DNA from: Escherichia coli
Lineage (GTDB): Bacteria > Pseudomonadota > Gammaproteobacteria > Enterobacterales > Enterobacteriaceae
DNA: 64,000 nucleotides
Assembly: GCF_044324875.1 (NCBI RefSeq)
Contig: NZ_CP172185.1
Direction: 5' to 3' (one strand)
Each line of letters begins with the position of its first letter. Position 1 is the first letter of the stretch. The position numbers and the translations under genes are program-made. Under the pieces are notes generated by a model that was not told the origin of the DNA, made no database searches, and worked only from the letters and a program-made list of their open reading frames with translations. Shown one piece after another: positions 11,623-22,670 of this stretch.

Positions 11623-12552
11623 TCACGCTCGATGCATCAAATCCTGATAAATCCCCGTCAGTATTCCTTGTAAGCTAAATTCTCTTTTTATCCACTGAGT
11701 GACTTGACCGCTTGCCGAATGCCTGGTTGCCAACAGCATTCGTGAATCCTGACGTGGGTTGCGGATCTGCCGTGTCACCAGCAATGACTTTTCCATCGCT
11801 TCACGCACCATATAGTCTGGCAGAAAACCGATTCCCTCCCCCAGGATCTGGCACTGAAGCTTAGTATTAAAGTCGGGAACCAGAATCGACTCTTGCCCGT
11901 GTAACAGCCAGCCGACTTTTTTGTTTATAGTGTTTGCAGTGTCTTCCACCATGATGTTCGGGTACAGACGTAACTGACTCTCAGAAATGGGCTCAGGAAT
12001 AAACGCCAGCGGATGAGCCGGAGAAATCGCGAACAACCAACGAATCATGCCGATTTCAATGTAATCAATTCCACCACCGTCCAGTAACGTATCGGGCGCG
12101 CCAATGGCGATATCAGCCTGGTTATTAATGAGTGAATCCCAGACGCCATTATACACCTCTGTAGTAATAGCTATCTGGCAGGTTGGAAAGTGTTCCCTGA
12201 GCACTTGCAGAAGCCGAGCTGTATGCTGAGGGGTATACAACAGTTGATTAATACAAATGCGCACCCGGGATTTAATTCCCTGAGCGATGGCATCAACTCT
12301 ACGTATGATGGAGTGGTAATCGTTGAGCAGGTCAGTTGCTTTGCAAAAAAGGTAGTGCCCGGGCTCGGTCAGCTCAATGCTACGGGTAGTTCGGGTAAAA
12401 AGCACCACGTCAAGCCCCATTTCCATACGCTTGATAGTGTAACTAATTGCCGATGTGGTTAAGCCCAGTTCCTTCGCCGCCTTGCTGAAACTTCTATAGC
12501 GGGCAGCCATAGTAAATGCCAGTAAGTTTTCTTCCGTAAATATTGAATTCAT
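11623..12552 (-). CDS. yahB: LysR-family transcriptional regulator (YahB-like)
   Basis: N-terminal LysR HTH AARYRSFSKAAKELGLTTSAISYTIKRME; start taken at MNSIFTEEN; divergent from the yahD-yahI-type cluster, which is the basis for the symbol. Confidence 0.75.
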   Translation of the reverse strand: MNSIFTEENLLAFTMAARYRSFSKAAKELGLTTSAISYTIKRMEMGLDVVLFTRTTRSIELTEPGHYLFCKATDLLNDYHSIIRRVDAIAQGIKSRVRICINQLLYTPQHTARLLQVLREHFPTCQIAITTEVYNGVWDSLINNQADIAIGAPDTLLDGGGIDYIEIGMIRWLFAISPAHPLAFIPEPISESQLRLYPNIMVEDTANTINKKVGWLLHGQESILVPDFNTKLQCQILGEGIGFLPDYMVREAMEKSLLVTRQIRNPRQDSRMLLATRHSASGQVTQWIKREFSLQGILTGIYQDLMHRA

Positions 12553-12938
12553 CTTTCTTTCCTCTGGCGACAATACACATACACAACATGATGATTGTTG
12601 AATGTATTTGTAATTCTTATAACCGGCAATCAGTTTTGAAAAAATTAACACCGTATTTACATTTAATTTGAAGGAAATCACACATCTGAATTTTAATTAC
12701 AGGCAGCTATCCGTGCTGCAGACCACCTTTATTTATATGACTGCGGATTAATGGCTAAAATATCCCAGCTATAATAGAAATATTGCACTATATCACACTC
12801 TCTTATTATTGTTAATTTTGTTTCAATAATTCATGGTCTAATGATGAGTAAATTTTAAATGGATGGTGCTCTATGCATTCTATTGCTATTCTTGGCTTGT
12901 TATATTTGTAAAATCTTAAAAAGAGCAGGAGATCGATT

Positions 12939-13544
12939 ATGTCCAATAAAGAACTCATTACAGAATTTCTGCTGGCGGCAGAACAAGGTAATGCCGATGG
13001 ATTAAAATCATGCCTTGATAAAAAGGTTGATATTAATGCGACTAACCGCGAGGGGCGTACTGCAATTATTATTGCCAGTCTGAATAAACATTATGACTGC
13101 GTTTCTTTATTGATTTCCGCAGGTGCTGATATTAATAAACAAGATCAAACTTGTTTTAATCCCTTCCTGATTGGCTGCCTGAATAATGATTTAACACTGT
13201 TGCGTACGGTATTACCGGCTAACCCCGACCTTAATTGCCTAACCCGTTTTGGCGGTGTTGGTATTACACCTGCCTGCGAAAAAGGCCATGTCGAGATTGT
13301 ACGTGAATTGCTGATGCGTACTGATATCAATGTCAACCATACTAATTTTGTTGGCTGGACGCCGCTCCTAGAGGCCATCGTGCTGAATGACGGCGGTGAA
13401 AAGCAGCAGGAGATCGTCAAACTGTTGCTTGAGCATGGCGCAAACCCGCACATGACGGATAAATACGGTAAAACCCCGCTGGAGCTGGCGCGAGAAAAAG
13501 GCTACCACAAAATTGCCGAGTTGCTGATTTCGGCTGGAGCCTGA
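12939..13544 (+). CDS. yahD: Ankyrin-repeat protein (YahD-like)
   Basis: 201 aa with repeated ankyrin motifs (GRTAIIIASLNKHYDCVSLLISAGADIN; GWTPLLEAIVLN...LLEHGANPH; GKTPLELARE...ELLISAGA). Confidence 0.8.
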   Translation: MSNKELITEFLLAAEQGNADGLKSCLDKKVDINATNREGRTAIIIASLNKHYDCVSLLISAGADINKQDQTCFNPFLIGCLNNDLTLLRTVLPANPDLNCLTRFGGVGITPACEKGHVEIVRELLMRTDINVNHTNFVGWTPLLEAIVLNDGGEKQQEIVKLLLEHGANPHMTDKYGKTPLELAREKGYHKIAELLISAGA

Positions 13545-13629
13545 CAACAGGAGCACGATTATCGCTATATTATCACGGCAATCTTTTCGGGCACTAACCG
13601 CAGACTGCGCGTTTCTCACTTTTCGGGGA

Positions 13630-14478
13630 ATGGGCCAGGTTGAACAGGTTTTTTCCCATGCGGTAAATCTGTTAATACCTGAACAGCAGCGACTGCTGAC
13701 GTTACTGAGTGAGGATTGTGATAACGCACCTAACAGTTGTCGTTTAGCACTGACACATTATGAAGACCTTTTTCACCCCGGTGAACAGGTCAATTTTAGC
13801 GGGTCTGGAATAACTGTTGGAAATGATAAATGGATAGAAATAACCGGTTGTCAGATGTGGCGAATACCACGGTGGACATCTGATTCAGCAAGCCTTGCCA
13901 AAGTCGGCTGGCAGCACTGGGAAGAGTTTATCCGCCAACAACTAAGAAGCAACGACACATTATTTCTGTACCAGGGTGACAATCCATTTTATCAGGAAAT
14001 TTCTCGCCAATTACTCAACCGCCGAAAAAATTTGCTGAAGGCGTTGTGTACAGGAGAAAACATCACTGCGGCAGTCAACCAGTTAATTGGTCTTGGAATA
14101 GGGCTGACGCCATCATCGGATGATTATTTAGTAGGTTTAAGCACTATTTTATTTATTCAAGGACATCCACTAAGGAAGTATAGATACGATTTCTTAGCAG
14201 CATTACAACTTGCAGGAAATAACATAACGCTTCTCAGCAAAATAACGTTAGAGGAAGCATTTAATCAGCGTTATCGGGAAAGAGTCGGACGGCTACTGAA
14301 CCAATTTATTACTGAGCCACAACCCATTTCTACGCAATATGTTACTGACATAAAAAATATAGGCTCAAGTTCTGGATGCGACATGCTGTATGGCATGGCG
14401 GATGCCTGCGCCCTGAGCCACAGGTCCGGAGGTAATTATGTCAATCAGGATAGTTGTAAAAAAAAACACGTATTTTGA
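13630..14478 (+). CDS. yahE: DUF2877-type protein (YahE-like)
   Basis: 282-aa ORF, ATG 13630, immediately upstream of and overlapping the FdrA-like gene; assigned by cluster position and recollection of YahE. Confidence 0.65.
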   Translation: MGQVEQVFSHAVNLLIPEQQRLLTLLSEDCDNAPNSCRLALTHYEDLFHPGEQVNFSGSGITVGNDKWIEITGCQMWRIPRWTSDSASLAKVGWQHWEEFIRQQLRSNDTLFLYQGDNPFYQEISRQLLNRRKNLLKALCTGENITAAVNQLIGLGIGLTPSSDDYLVGLSTILFIQGHPLRKYRYDFLAALQLAGNNITLLSKITLEEAFNQRYRERVGRLLNQFITEPQPISTQYVTDIKNIGSSSGCDMLYGMADACALSHRSGGNYVNQDSCKKKHVF

Positions 14479-15985
14479 TTCTGTTTCACTGATGTCTATC
14501 TCCACGCGCGCAAATAAGCTTGATGGAGTTGAGCAGGCATTTGTTGCTATGGCGACAGAGATGAATAAGGGGGTGCTGAAGAATCTCGGTCTGCTGACCC
14601 CTGAGCTGGAAGAGGCGAAAAGTGGCGATCTGATGATTGTCATTAAAGGTACCAGCGAGGAGGCGAACGAGCGGACGCTAATAGCGATTGATGAGCTGTT
14701 TGCGCATAAAGAACAGGGAGGCCAGCACGAAGCACGCTATGCCACGATTGCCAGTGCGAAGAAGCATGCTCCAGAGAGTAATCTGGCGGTGATCTCTGTC
14801 AATGGCCTGTTTGCTGCTCGTGAAGCTCGTCAGGCACTACAAAATAACCTCAATGTTATGCTGTTTTCTGACAACGTCTCTCTTGAGGACGAGCTGGAAC
14901 TCAAGCATCTGGCACATGAAAAAGGGTTGTTGATGATGGGGCCTGATTGTGGAACCGCCATCATTAACGGCTCAGCGTTGTGTTTTGGCAATGCAGTGCG
15001 TCGCGGCAACATCGGAATCATTGGTGCCTCCGGTACGGGTAGCCAGGAGCTGAGCGTACGCATTCACGAATTTGGCGGCGGGATTTCCCAGCTGATTGGG
15101 ACAGGTGGACGCGATATGAGTGAAAAAATTGGCGGCCTGATGATGCTTGACGCGATTAGCATGCTGGAGGCCGATCCACAAACTGAGATCATTACGCTTA
15201 TATCCAAACCTCCTGCACCAGCGGTAGCCCGTAAGGTGCTGGAACGTGCGCGCACCTGTCACAAGCCTGTGGTGGTGTGTTTCCTCGGACGTGAGTCCAC
15301 CCCTGCGGATGAAGAAGGCCTACAGTTTGCCCGCGGTACTAAAGAGGCTGCCTTGAAAGCGGTACTGTTGACTGGTGTGAAAAAAGAGAGTCTGGATTTG
15401 CATCCGCTCAACTGGCAGCTGATTGAAGAGGTTCGCTCCCGTCTGACTCCACAACAAAAGTATATCCGTGGCCTGTTCTGTGGTGGCACGTTATGCGATG
15501 AAGCGATGTTTACTGCCATGGAAAAACTCTCGGATGTGTATAGCAATATTCACCCGAATCCGGCGTTCCGCCTTACAGATCTCAACCGTAGCGTGGCGCA
15601 TACCTTCCTCGATTTCGGCGATGATTATTTTACCAACGGCAAACCACATCCGATGATCGATCCCACCAATCGCATTACCCGGCTCTTGCAGGAAGCACAG
15701 GATCCTGAAGTTGGCGTGATCGTGATGGACTTCATTCTTGGATTTGGATCACATGAAGATCCGGTTGGAGTGATGCTGGATACAATTGTTGAAGCCAAAG
15801 AAATTGCTGCCGCAGACGGTCGCCCGCTTGAGATCCTCGGCTATGTGCTGGGAACCGACCTTGATACACCGTCGCTGAAAAAACAGTGTCAGATGTTGAC
15901 CGATGCCGGGGTTATTTGGGCAAGCAGTAGCACCAACACCGGATTACTGGCACGTGAATTTATATTTAAAGGGGAGGAAGGCTGA
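14438..15985 (+). CDS. yahF: FdrA-like CoA-binding protein (acyl-CoA synthetase alpha-like; YahF-like)
   Basis: 515 aa; succinyl-CoA-synthetase-alpha-like segments (GPDCGTAIING, GIIGASGTGSQE); ATG 14438. Confidence 0.8.
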   Translation: MSIRIVVKKNTYFDSVSLMSISTRANKLDGVEQAFVAMATEMNKGVLKNLGLLTPELEEAKSGDLMIVIKGTSEEANERTLIAIDELFAHKEQGGQHEARYATIASAKKHAPESNLAVISVNGLFAAREARQALQNNLNVMLFSDNVSLEDELELKHLAHEKGLLMMGPDCGTAIINGSALCFGNAVRRGNIGIIGASGTGSQELSVRIHEFGGGISQLIGTGGRDMSEKIGGLMMLDAISMLEADPQTEIITLISKPPAPAVARKVLERARTCHKPVVVCFLGRESTPADEEGLQFARGTKEAALKAVLLTGVKKESLDLHPLNWQLIEEVRSRLTPQQKYIRGLFCGGTLCDEAMFTAMEKLSDVYSNIHPNPAFRLTDLNRSVAHTFLDFGDDYFTNGKPHPMIDPTNRITRLLQEAQDPEVGVIVMDFILGFGSHEDPVGVMLDTIVEAKEIAAADGRPLEILGYVLGTDLDTPSLKKQCQMLTDAGVIWASSSTNTGLLAREFIFKGEEG

Positions 15986-17403
15986 TGAGCCAGACACTGT
16001 TTAATCAGCCGCTGAACGTTATTAATGTCGGTATCGAAATGTTCAGCGATGACATGAAAAAGCAGAATGTACCGGTAACCCAACTTGACTGGACACCGCC
16101 AGGCCAAGGAAACATACAAGTGGTAACGGCACTGGACGACATTGCCGCTTCACCACTGGCAGACAAAATTGCAGCTGCTAATCAGCTGGCGCTGGAACGC
16201 ATTATCCAGTCGCATCCTGTGCTAATTGGCTATGATCAGGCGATCAACGTCGTGCCGGGTATGACCCGTAACACTATCCTTCACGCCGGGCCGCCAATCC
16301 ACTGGGAAAAAATGTGCGGCGCAATGAAGGGCGCAGTAACCGGGGCTCTGGTATTTGAAGGACTGGCGAAAGATCTGGATGATGCCGCCGAACTAGCTGC
16401 TTCAGGTGAAATCATCTTCTCTCCGTGCCACGAACATGACTGTGTCGGCTCAATGGCGGGTGTCACGTCTGCATCGATGTTTATGCACATCGTCGAGAAC
16501 AAAACCTATGGAAACCGCGCATATACCAATATGAGCGAGCAGATGGCAAAGATCCTGCGTATGGGCGCTAACGACCAGAGCGTTATAGAGCGTCTTAACT
16601 GGATGCGAGATGTACTGGGACCTATGTTGCGCGATGCTATGAAGCTGGCGGGCGAAATCGATCTGCACTTGATGTTAGCGCAGGCGCTGCATATGGGCGA
16701 TGAGTGCCATAACCGCAACAACGCCGGGACGGCGCTGCTGATTCAGACGCTGACGCCGTGGATTATTCAGACTGGCTACCCTGTTGAGCAGCAGCGTGAG
16801 GTGTTCGAGTTTGTCCTCAGTAGTGATTACTTCTCAGGACCAACATGGATGGCAATGTGTAAAGCCGCAATGGACGCTGCGCACGGCATTGAATACAGCA
16901 CCGTGGTGACAACGATGGCACGCAATGGTGTTGAGTTCGGTCTTCGTATTAGCGGTTTGCCGGGCAAGTGGTTTACCGGTCCGGCGCAGCAGGTGATTGG
17001 GCCGATGTTTGCGGGCTATAAGCTAGAGGATTCCGGACGTGATATCGGTGATAGTGCAATTACCGAAACCTACGGCGTTGGCGGTTTCGCTATGGCGACG
17101 GCACCAGCTATTGTGTCACTGGTGGGCGGAACAGTTGAGGAAGCTATTGATTTCTCACGTAAAATGAGAGAAATCACTCTCGGAGAAAACCCCAACGTCA
17201 CCATTCCCCTGCTTGGTTTTATGGGCGTACCGACCGCTATCGATATTACGCGTGTAGGCAGTACAGGCATTCTGCCGGTAATTAACACAGCCATTGCGCA
17301 CAAAGACGCAGGGATCGGCATGATCGGCGCAGGAATTGTTCACCCGCCGTTCACTTGTTTTGAAAAGGCGATCCTCAACTGGCGTGACCACTACTGCCAA
17401 TAA
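15985..17403 (+). CDS. yahG: DUF1116-type protein (YahG-like)
   Basis: 472 aa; start ATGA-overlaps the yahF stop (15985); cluster synteny. Confidence 0.75.
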   Translation: MSQTLFNQPLNVINVGIEMFSDDMKKQNVPVTQLDWTPPGQGNIQVVTALDDIAASPLADKIAAANQLALERIIQSHPVLIGYDQAINVVPGMTRNTILHAGPPIHWEKMCGAMKGAVTGALVFEGLAKDLDDAAELAASGEIIFSPCHEHDCVGSMAGVTSASMFMHIVENKTYGNRAYTNMSEQMAKILRMGANDQSVIERLNWMRDVLGPMLRDAMKLAGEIDLHLMLAQALHMGDECHNRNNAGTALLIQTLTPWIIQTGYPVEQQREVFEFVLSSDYFSGPTWMAMCKAAMDAAHGIEYSTVVTTMARNGVEFGLRISGLPGKWFTGPAQQVIGPMFAGYKLEDSGRDIGDSAITETYGVGGFAMATAPAIVSLVGGTVEEAIDFSRKMREITLGENPNVTIPLLGFMGVPTAIDITRVGSTGILPVINTAIAHKDAGIGMIGAGIVHPPFTCFEKAILNWRDHYCQ

Positions 17404-17515
17404 CAATAACCGGGGCTAACGCAGTTAGCCCCACAGTAGCGGAAAACGTTGTTTACCTTCAGGGCTGGGCGATCTCCATGATCGCAAACGATGCTTAACC
17501 TGTTAAGGAGATTCC

Positions 17516-19066
17516 ATGAACAGCATAAAACTAGAATGGAAACGTGGTGACTGGGCGGCTTACTTTGGACTGATGACCAACAATCTGACTAACCTGCTGA
17601 CAATGATGGGTCTGCTAATTTTTGTCGTCGGAATCCCTACTGAAATTGTCTATGGACGCATTGCGCCTGCCTTTGGTCTTGCAGTGCTGGCGGCCAGTGT
17701 CTGCTACTCCTGGTTTGGTCTACAGATGGTGAAGAAAACCGGTCGTAGCGATGTAACGGCGCTGCCGTCTGGACCGAGCGCACCCTCAATCTTTACCGTG
17801 ACATTCCTGGTGCTGATGCCGGTTTATCAGCAAACCAAAGATGCCAACTTTGCTATTCAGATAGGATTGGTGTGGTGCTTTGTCGAAGCGTTGATCCTGG
17901 TCGGTGGCTCCTTCCTGGGTGAGACTATCCGCAAGATGATCCCGCGTACAGTGCTGCTTTCTTGTCTGTCCGGACTGGGGTTATTACTGCTGGCAATGAA
18001 CCCGATGCTGCAAGCGTTCGAAGCGCCGACAGTTTCTTTCATCGTCCTGTTATTGATCTTCATTAACTGGTTCGGTAAGAAGCCGATTTTTCCCCATATT
18101 CCTACCGGTTTGCTGTTGCTGATTGCTGGTACGTCCCTAGCGTGGATATCCGGTTTACAAAGCCCGGAAGACATTAAAGCGTCGATGTCTTCCTTCGGCT
18201 TCAACCCGCCGGAAATTCATGTAAGGAGCTTCCTGCAAGGTTTGCCGCACGCTCTGCCATATCTGGCTTCTGCAGTTCCTTTGGGCCTGGCTAACTACAT
18301 TTTTGACCTCGAGAACATTGAAAGTGCGCACGCGGCTGGTGATGAATACAACACCCGTAAGGTCATGATGGCGAACGGCTTTGCCTCCATGCTCGGTTGC
18401 ATGCTGGGTAATCCGTTCCCGGTAACCGTATATGTTGGGCATGCAGGCTGGAAAGCTATGGGCGCTAGTATCTGCTATACCCTCGCATCAGGCATCACTA
18501 TGTTTCTGGTGCCATTGTTTGGGTTGGGCGCGTTTATGCTCGCCATTATTCCCATGACTGCTATAGTGCCAATTCTGGTTTTTATCGGTGTGGTAACCGC
18601 CAATCAGGTGGTGCGAGAAACTCCTAAAGTCGAGGTTCCCGTCATTTTCATCTGTCTGTTCCCATGGGTCGCCAACTGGGCATTGACCATCGTTAACAGC
18701 GTGATGGGCGCAGCCGGAACATCCGCTGAGAAACTTGGTAGCGACCTGTTGCACAGCAAAGGCGTCTATTACGATGGACTGATGCATCTGGGAAGCGGTG
18801 CACCGCTGGCCAGCATGCTGTGGGGATGCATTGCTATCTTTGCCATTATGAATAAGCCGCTGCGCGGGGCGATAGCTGCATCCTTTGGAGCACTGTTATC
18901 GCTGTTTGGCGTGATTCACTCCCCAGCGGTTGGCTTTGCGGAAGGCAGCTCGATTGTGTTTGTTGTGGCCTACCTGATGATGCTTGCTATGTTTGCCCTC
19001 AAGCATGTTATTGATAGCCGTGAAACAGTGGCTGCGTCTGAGCAGGAAGAGACTAAAACGACCTGA
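17516..19066 (+). CDS. Integral membrane permease (putative nucleobase/solute transporter) in the yah cluster
   Basis: 516 aa, highly hydrophobic throughout; SD GGAG before ATG 17516; family assignment uncertain. Confidence 0.65.
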   Translation: MNSIKLEWKRGDWAAYFGLMTNNLTNLLTMMGLLIFVVGIPTEIVYGRIAPAFGLAVLAASVCYSWFGLQMVKKTGRSDVTALPSGPSAPSIFTVTFLVLMPVYQQTKDANFAIQIGLVWCFVEALILVGGSFLGETIRKMIPRTVLLSCLSGLGLLLLAMNPMLQAFEAPTVSFIVLLLIFINWFGKKPIFPHIPTGLLLLIAGTSLAWISGLQSPEDIKASMSSFGFNPPEIHVRSFLQGLPHALPYLASAVPLGLANYIFDLENIESAHAAGDEYNTRKVMMANGFASMLGCMLGNPFPVTVYVGHAGWKAMGASICYTLASGITMFLVPLFGLGAFMLAIIPMTAIVPILVFIGVVTANQVVRETPKVEVPVIFICLFPWVANWALTIVNSVMGAAGTSAEKLGSDLLHSKGVYYDGLMHLGSGAPLASMLWGCIAIFAIMNKPLRGAIAASFGALLSLFGVIHSPAVGFAEGSSIVFVVAYLMMLAMFALKHVIDSRETVAASEQEETKTT

Positions 19067-19092
19067 ATAGCCTGCAAACGGAAGATAATTCT

Positions 19093-20055
19093 ATGAAAGA
19101 ACTTGTGGTCGTTGCCATTGGTGGCAACAGCATTATCAAAGATAACGCCAGCCAGTCGATTGAGCATCAGGCGGAGGCGGTGAAGGCCGTCGCCGATACG
19201 GTTCTGGAAATGCTGGCTTCCGATTACGACATTGTGCTGACCCACGGCAACGGGCCGCAGGTCGGTCTGGATTTACGCCGCGCGGAGATAGCCCACGAGC
19301 GCGAAGGGCTACCCTTAACGCCGCTGGCGAACTGTGTGGCGGATACGCAAGGCGGCATTGGCTATCTGATCCAGCAGGCGCTGAACAACCGGCTGGCGCC
19401 TCACGGCGAGAAAAAAGCCGTCACCGTGGTGACTCAGGTGGAAGTGGATAAAAACGATCCGGGGTTTGTCCATCCCACCAAGCCCATCGGTGCATTCTTT
19501 AGTGAAAACCAGCGTGATGAACTACAAAAGGCAAACCCTGACTGGCGTTTTGTTGAAGATGCCGGACGGGGCTATCGCCGCGTGGTCGCCTCGCCGGAAC
19601 CGAAACGTATTGTCGAAGCACCTGCCATTAAGACTCTGATCCAGCAAGGCTTTGTGGTGATTGGCGCGGGCGGCGGTGGCATTCCGGTGGTGCGTACTGA
19701 CGCAGGGGATTACCAAAGCGTGGACGCGGTTATCGACAAAGATCTCTCTAGCGCGCTACTGGCTCGCGAAATTCACGCCGACATTCTGGTGATCACCACC
19801 GGCGTGGAAAAAGTGAGTATTCATTTTGGGAAACCCAACCAGCATGCACTGGATACAGTGGATGTCCTAACGATGGCCCGTTACATGCAGGAGGGTCACT
19901 TCCCGCCTGGGAGTATGTTACCGAAGATTCTTGCCAGTCTGGAGTTCCTGGAACGTGGAGGTAAAAGAGTGATTATCACCACGCCTGAATGCCTGTCCGC
20001 GGCACTGCGTGGCGAAACAGGCACCCATATTATCCACTCCCAAGAGGAGACGTAA
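19093..20055 (+). CDS. yahI: Carbamate kinase-like protein (YahI-like)
   Basis: 320 aa; amino-acid-kinase family motifs VVAIGGN, THGNGPQVG, GGGGIPVV typical of carbamate kinase. Confidence 0.85.
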   Translation: MKELVVVAIGGNSIIKDNASQSIEHQAEAVKAVADTVLEMLASDYDIVLTHGNGPQVGLDLRRAEIAHEREGLPLTPLANCVADTQGGIGYLIQQALNNRLAPHGEKKAVTVVTQVEVDKNDPGFVHPTKPIGAFFSENQRDELQKANPDWRFVEDAGRGYRRVVASPEPKRIVEAPAIKTLIQQGFVVIGAGGGGIPVVRTDAGDYQSVDAVIDKDLSSALLAREIHADILVITTGVEKVSIHFGKPNQHALDTVDVLTMARYMQEGHFPPGSMLPKILASLEFLERGGKRVIITTPECLSAALRGETGTHIIHSQEET

Positions 20056-20120
20056 ATTAAGGAAAGCGACCGCCGCCGTGAATTTTTAATGTTCATTGCA
20101 GATTATCGTGGGCTGGAAAT

Positions 20121-20183
20121 GATAACGGTTGGGGAGTTATTGTTTAGTTGCTAAAACAGAACGATAACCAACCCCAACCGTTC
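20121..20183. repeat. Long imperfect hairpin downstream of yahI
   Basis: aacggttgggg (20124-20134) pairs with ccccaaccgtt (20172-20182); arms extend imperfectly; no T-tract. Confidence 0.3.
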
Positions 20184-21198
20184 TCAATTTCGAATACTAT
20201 CTTTTCCATTTATCTCTGGATAGGCTTTGACGTCGTCCCTACTGAGTAAAATCCCCCTCATCATCCACCTAAAACCGATTGAAAACGGTCATTACTCTTG
20301 TGGCAAACAGGCTAAAGCCGTTCACGATGCTTCACTTCGCACCTTATCGTAATGAACAATACTGGTATTTCCAGTTCAGTTACGCCTACCCGTCTACCGC
20401 ATTCTTTGCCCTAACTACGGCATAGTTCGGGATTATATCAGCTGGCTAAAGCCTTATGCTCATCAGACCACATGACTCATTGAGCATGTTGAGGCGTTAC
20501 TCAAAATCTTGCCGATTAAACATATTTCGTAATTTCTTACCCTGCACTAACATATCATCAATACTATCGACAAACGTCAGTTGCAAATAGAGGTCACAGG
20601 GTCTGATTGATGTACTGTCAAGGCCGGGTCATGAAAGAGTTTGCCCTGTTCAAAGCTCATCGTTACGCACCGTCGTAGCCGATGCGGATACTCATCAATC
20701 CTCTGGATAGGTGAGGTGCGTAGTAGAGAAGCTCGGTCGTTTTTCGTTAATCTGAATCAGTACTGTCAACATATTCAAGTCGTTAATATGGATATGAATA
20801 CCTCCTTTGACCTAGAGGTACAGATGCACTACCCCCCAAGCTGTCAACGACGGATGAAAAGTGGCTCTTCCGCAACCTGGATGGAGATTTTCATGCCAGT
20901 GGACTCATGACCCTCTGCCTGAGTAGTTCAAATCCGGCTCGACCATACATCTGGCCTTTCAGCATTTTTAGCCAATTTACATGACTTTCGACCACCCCCC
21001 ATTATTCCAGCGACTGCTGATTGCCTCACATATAGCCGCAGCATCAGCTACCATCCTTGCAGCCACGCGCCGAAGTTACCACTTTCTCGTTGCTCTTTTA
21101 ACCACTCCCTCCATGGGTCCAGAAGTCCTCGCTCTGGAGGCCGGGTTGACATTTCAGGGAATGTTCCTGAACACACCCAGAGACTGACTGTCACACGT

Positions 21199-21252
21199 GA
21201 TAAGCCTGTAATACGGGATAAGCCTGTAATACGGGATAAGCCTGTAATACGG
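21199..21252. repeat. 18-bp tandem repeat x3 (gataagcctgtaatacgg)
   Basis: Three perfect units at 21199-21216, 21217-21234, 21235-21252 plus partial fourth (gata); read directly. Confidence 0.9.
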
Positions 21253-21414
21253 GATATTTCCCCTGAACCCACATCCCTTGTTATGTAGTGCCATAACCTC
21301 TGTCCAACGCTGATGCCGTTTTTGGCGGGTTTGCTGTTTAAGGCGTTCCGGACGACGGAGTGAACCGCCCCGGGAATCCTGGAGACTAAACTCCCTGAGA
21401 AAGAGGTAAACAGA

Positions 21415-21741
21415 ATGACTAAAAATACTCGTTTTTCCCCCGAAGTCCGTCAGAGGGCGATTCGTATGGTTCTGGAAAGTCAGGGCGAATATGACTCACA
21501 GTGGGCGGCAATTTGTTCCATTGCCCCAAAGATTGGCTGTACACCGGAGACTCTGCGTGTCTGGGTACGCCAGCATGAGCGGGATACCGGAGGCGGTGAT
21601 GGCGGGCTCACCACCGCTGAACGTCAGCGTCTGAAAGAGCTGGAACGTGAAAATCGTGAACTGCGCCGCAGTAACGATATCCTTCGCCAGGCTTCCGCTT
21701 ATTTTGCGAAGGCGGAGTTCGACCGCCTCTGGAAAAAGTGA
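21415..21741 (+). CDS. IS629-like transposase OrfA
   Basis: 108 aa, HTH plus leucine-zipper region ([29 protein letters not shown]). Confidence 0.85.
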   Translation: MTKNTRFSPEVRQRAIRMVLESQGEYDSQWAAICSIAPKIGCTPETLRVWVRQHERDTGGGDGGLTTAERQRLKELERENRELRRSNDILRQASAYFAKAEFDRLWKK

Positions 21742-22628
21742 TGCCACTGCTGGATAAGCTGCGTAAGCTGTACGGGGTCGGACCGGTATGCAGTGAACTA
21801 CATATTGCCCCGTCAACGTATTACCACTGTCAGCAACAGCGACATCATCCTTATAAACGCAGTGCCCGTGCGCAGCGCGATGACTGGCTGAAGAAAGAGA
21901 TACTGCGCGTATACGATGGGAATCATCAGGTATACGGTGTGCGTAAAGTCTGGCGTCAGTTGTTACGGGAAGGAATCAGGGTAGCCAGATGTACAGTGGC
22001 GCGCCTCATGGCGGTTATGGGACTTGCCGGTGTTCTCCGGGGTAAAAAGGTCCGCACTACCGTCAGCCGGAAAGCCGTTGCCGCAGGCGACCGCGTAAAC
22101 CGTCAGTTTGTGGCAGAACGTCCTGACCAGTTGTGGGTGGCTGATTTTACTTACGTCAGCACATGGGAGGGGGTCGTCTATGTGGCGTTCATCATTGATG
22201 TGTTTGCCGGATACATCGTGGGGTGGCGGGTCTCATCGTCTATGGAAACGACATTCGTGCTGGATGCTCTGGAGCAGGCGTTATGGGCCCGTCGACCGTC
22301 CGGCACAGTCCATCACAGTGATAAAGGTTCTCAGTATGTATCGCTGGCCTACACACAGCGGCTTAAGGAAGCCGGATTACTGGCATCAACAGGAAGTACT
22401 GGTGACTCGTATGACAACGCGATGGCGGAGAGCATCAATGGCCTTTACAAAGCGGAGGTAATACACCGTAAGAGCTGGAAAAACCGGACAGAAGTGGAGC
22501 TGGCCACACTCACGTGGGTGGACTGGTATAACAATCGACGATTGCTGGAAAGGCTGGGCCATATCCCACCGGCAGAAGCAGAAAAATCTTATTATGCTTC
22601 CATCGGAAACGATGATCTGGCAGCCTGA
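21738..22628 (+). CDS. IS629-like transposase OrfB (DDE integrase core)
   Basis: 296 aa overlapping orfA stop; [10 protein letters not shown]...HHSDKGSQY...[10 protein letters not shown]. Confidence 0.85.
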   Translation: MMPLLDKLRKLYGVGPVCSELHIAPSTYYHCQQQRHHPYKRSARAQRDDWLKKEILRVYDGNHQVYGVRKVWRQLLREGIRVARCTVARLMAVMGLAGVLRGKKVRTTVSRKAVAAGDRVNRQFVAERPDQLWVADFTYVSTWEGVVYVAFIIDVFAGYIVGWRVSSSMETTFVLDALEQALWARRPSGTVHHSDKGSQYVSLAYTQRLKEAGLLASTGSTGDSYDNAMAESINGLYKAEVIHRKSWKNRTEVELATLTWVDWYNNRRLLERLGHIPPAEAEKSYYASIGNDDLAA

Positions 22629-22670
22629 GTTCACAGATAAAACACTCTCCAGGAAACCCGGGGCGGTTCA

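Larger units (their letters stand above)
21361..22670 (+). mobile_element. IS3-family element of the IS629/IS1203/IS3411 type, 1310 bp, 3-bp target duplication GAG
   Basis: Terminal inverted repeats tgaaccgccccgggaatcctggag ... ctccaggaaacccggggcggttca; GAG at 21358-21360 and 22671-22673; OrfA begins [26 protein letters not shown]. Confidence 0.85.

Noticed and set aside
20641-20910. Plus-strand ORF with an NMDMNTSFDLEV segment as a second ISL3-type transposase fragment
   Set aside because: Resemblance limited to a few residues; could not be extended into a coherent transposase alignment by eye.
20915-20950. tRNA 3' fragment (gttcaaatccggctcgacca) as an island attachment site
   Set aside because: The flanking bases cannot form a T-stem around the TTCAAAT loop; no acceptor-stem complement is present.
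21199-21256. Possible CRISPR array (short direct repeats)
   Set aside because: Repeats are contiguous with no spacers, only three units of 18 bp, and no cas genes are nearby; nothing elsewhere in the window has repeat-spacer architecture.
21048-21272. ORF encoding MGSGEISRITGLSRITGLSRITGLSR...
   Set aside because: Its repetitive translation is a by-product of reading through the 18-bp tandem repeat; no start context or homology.
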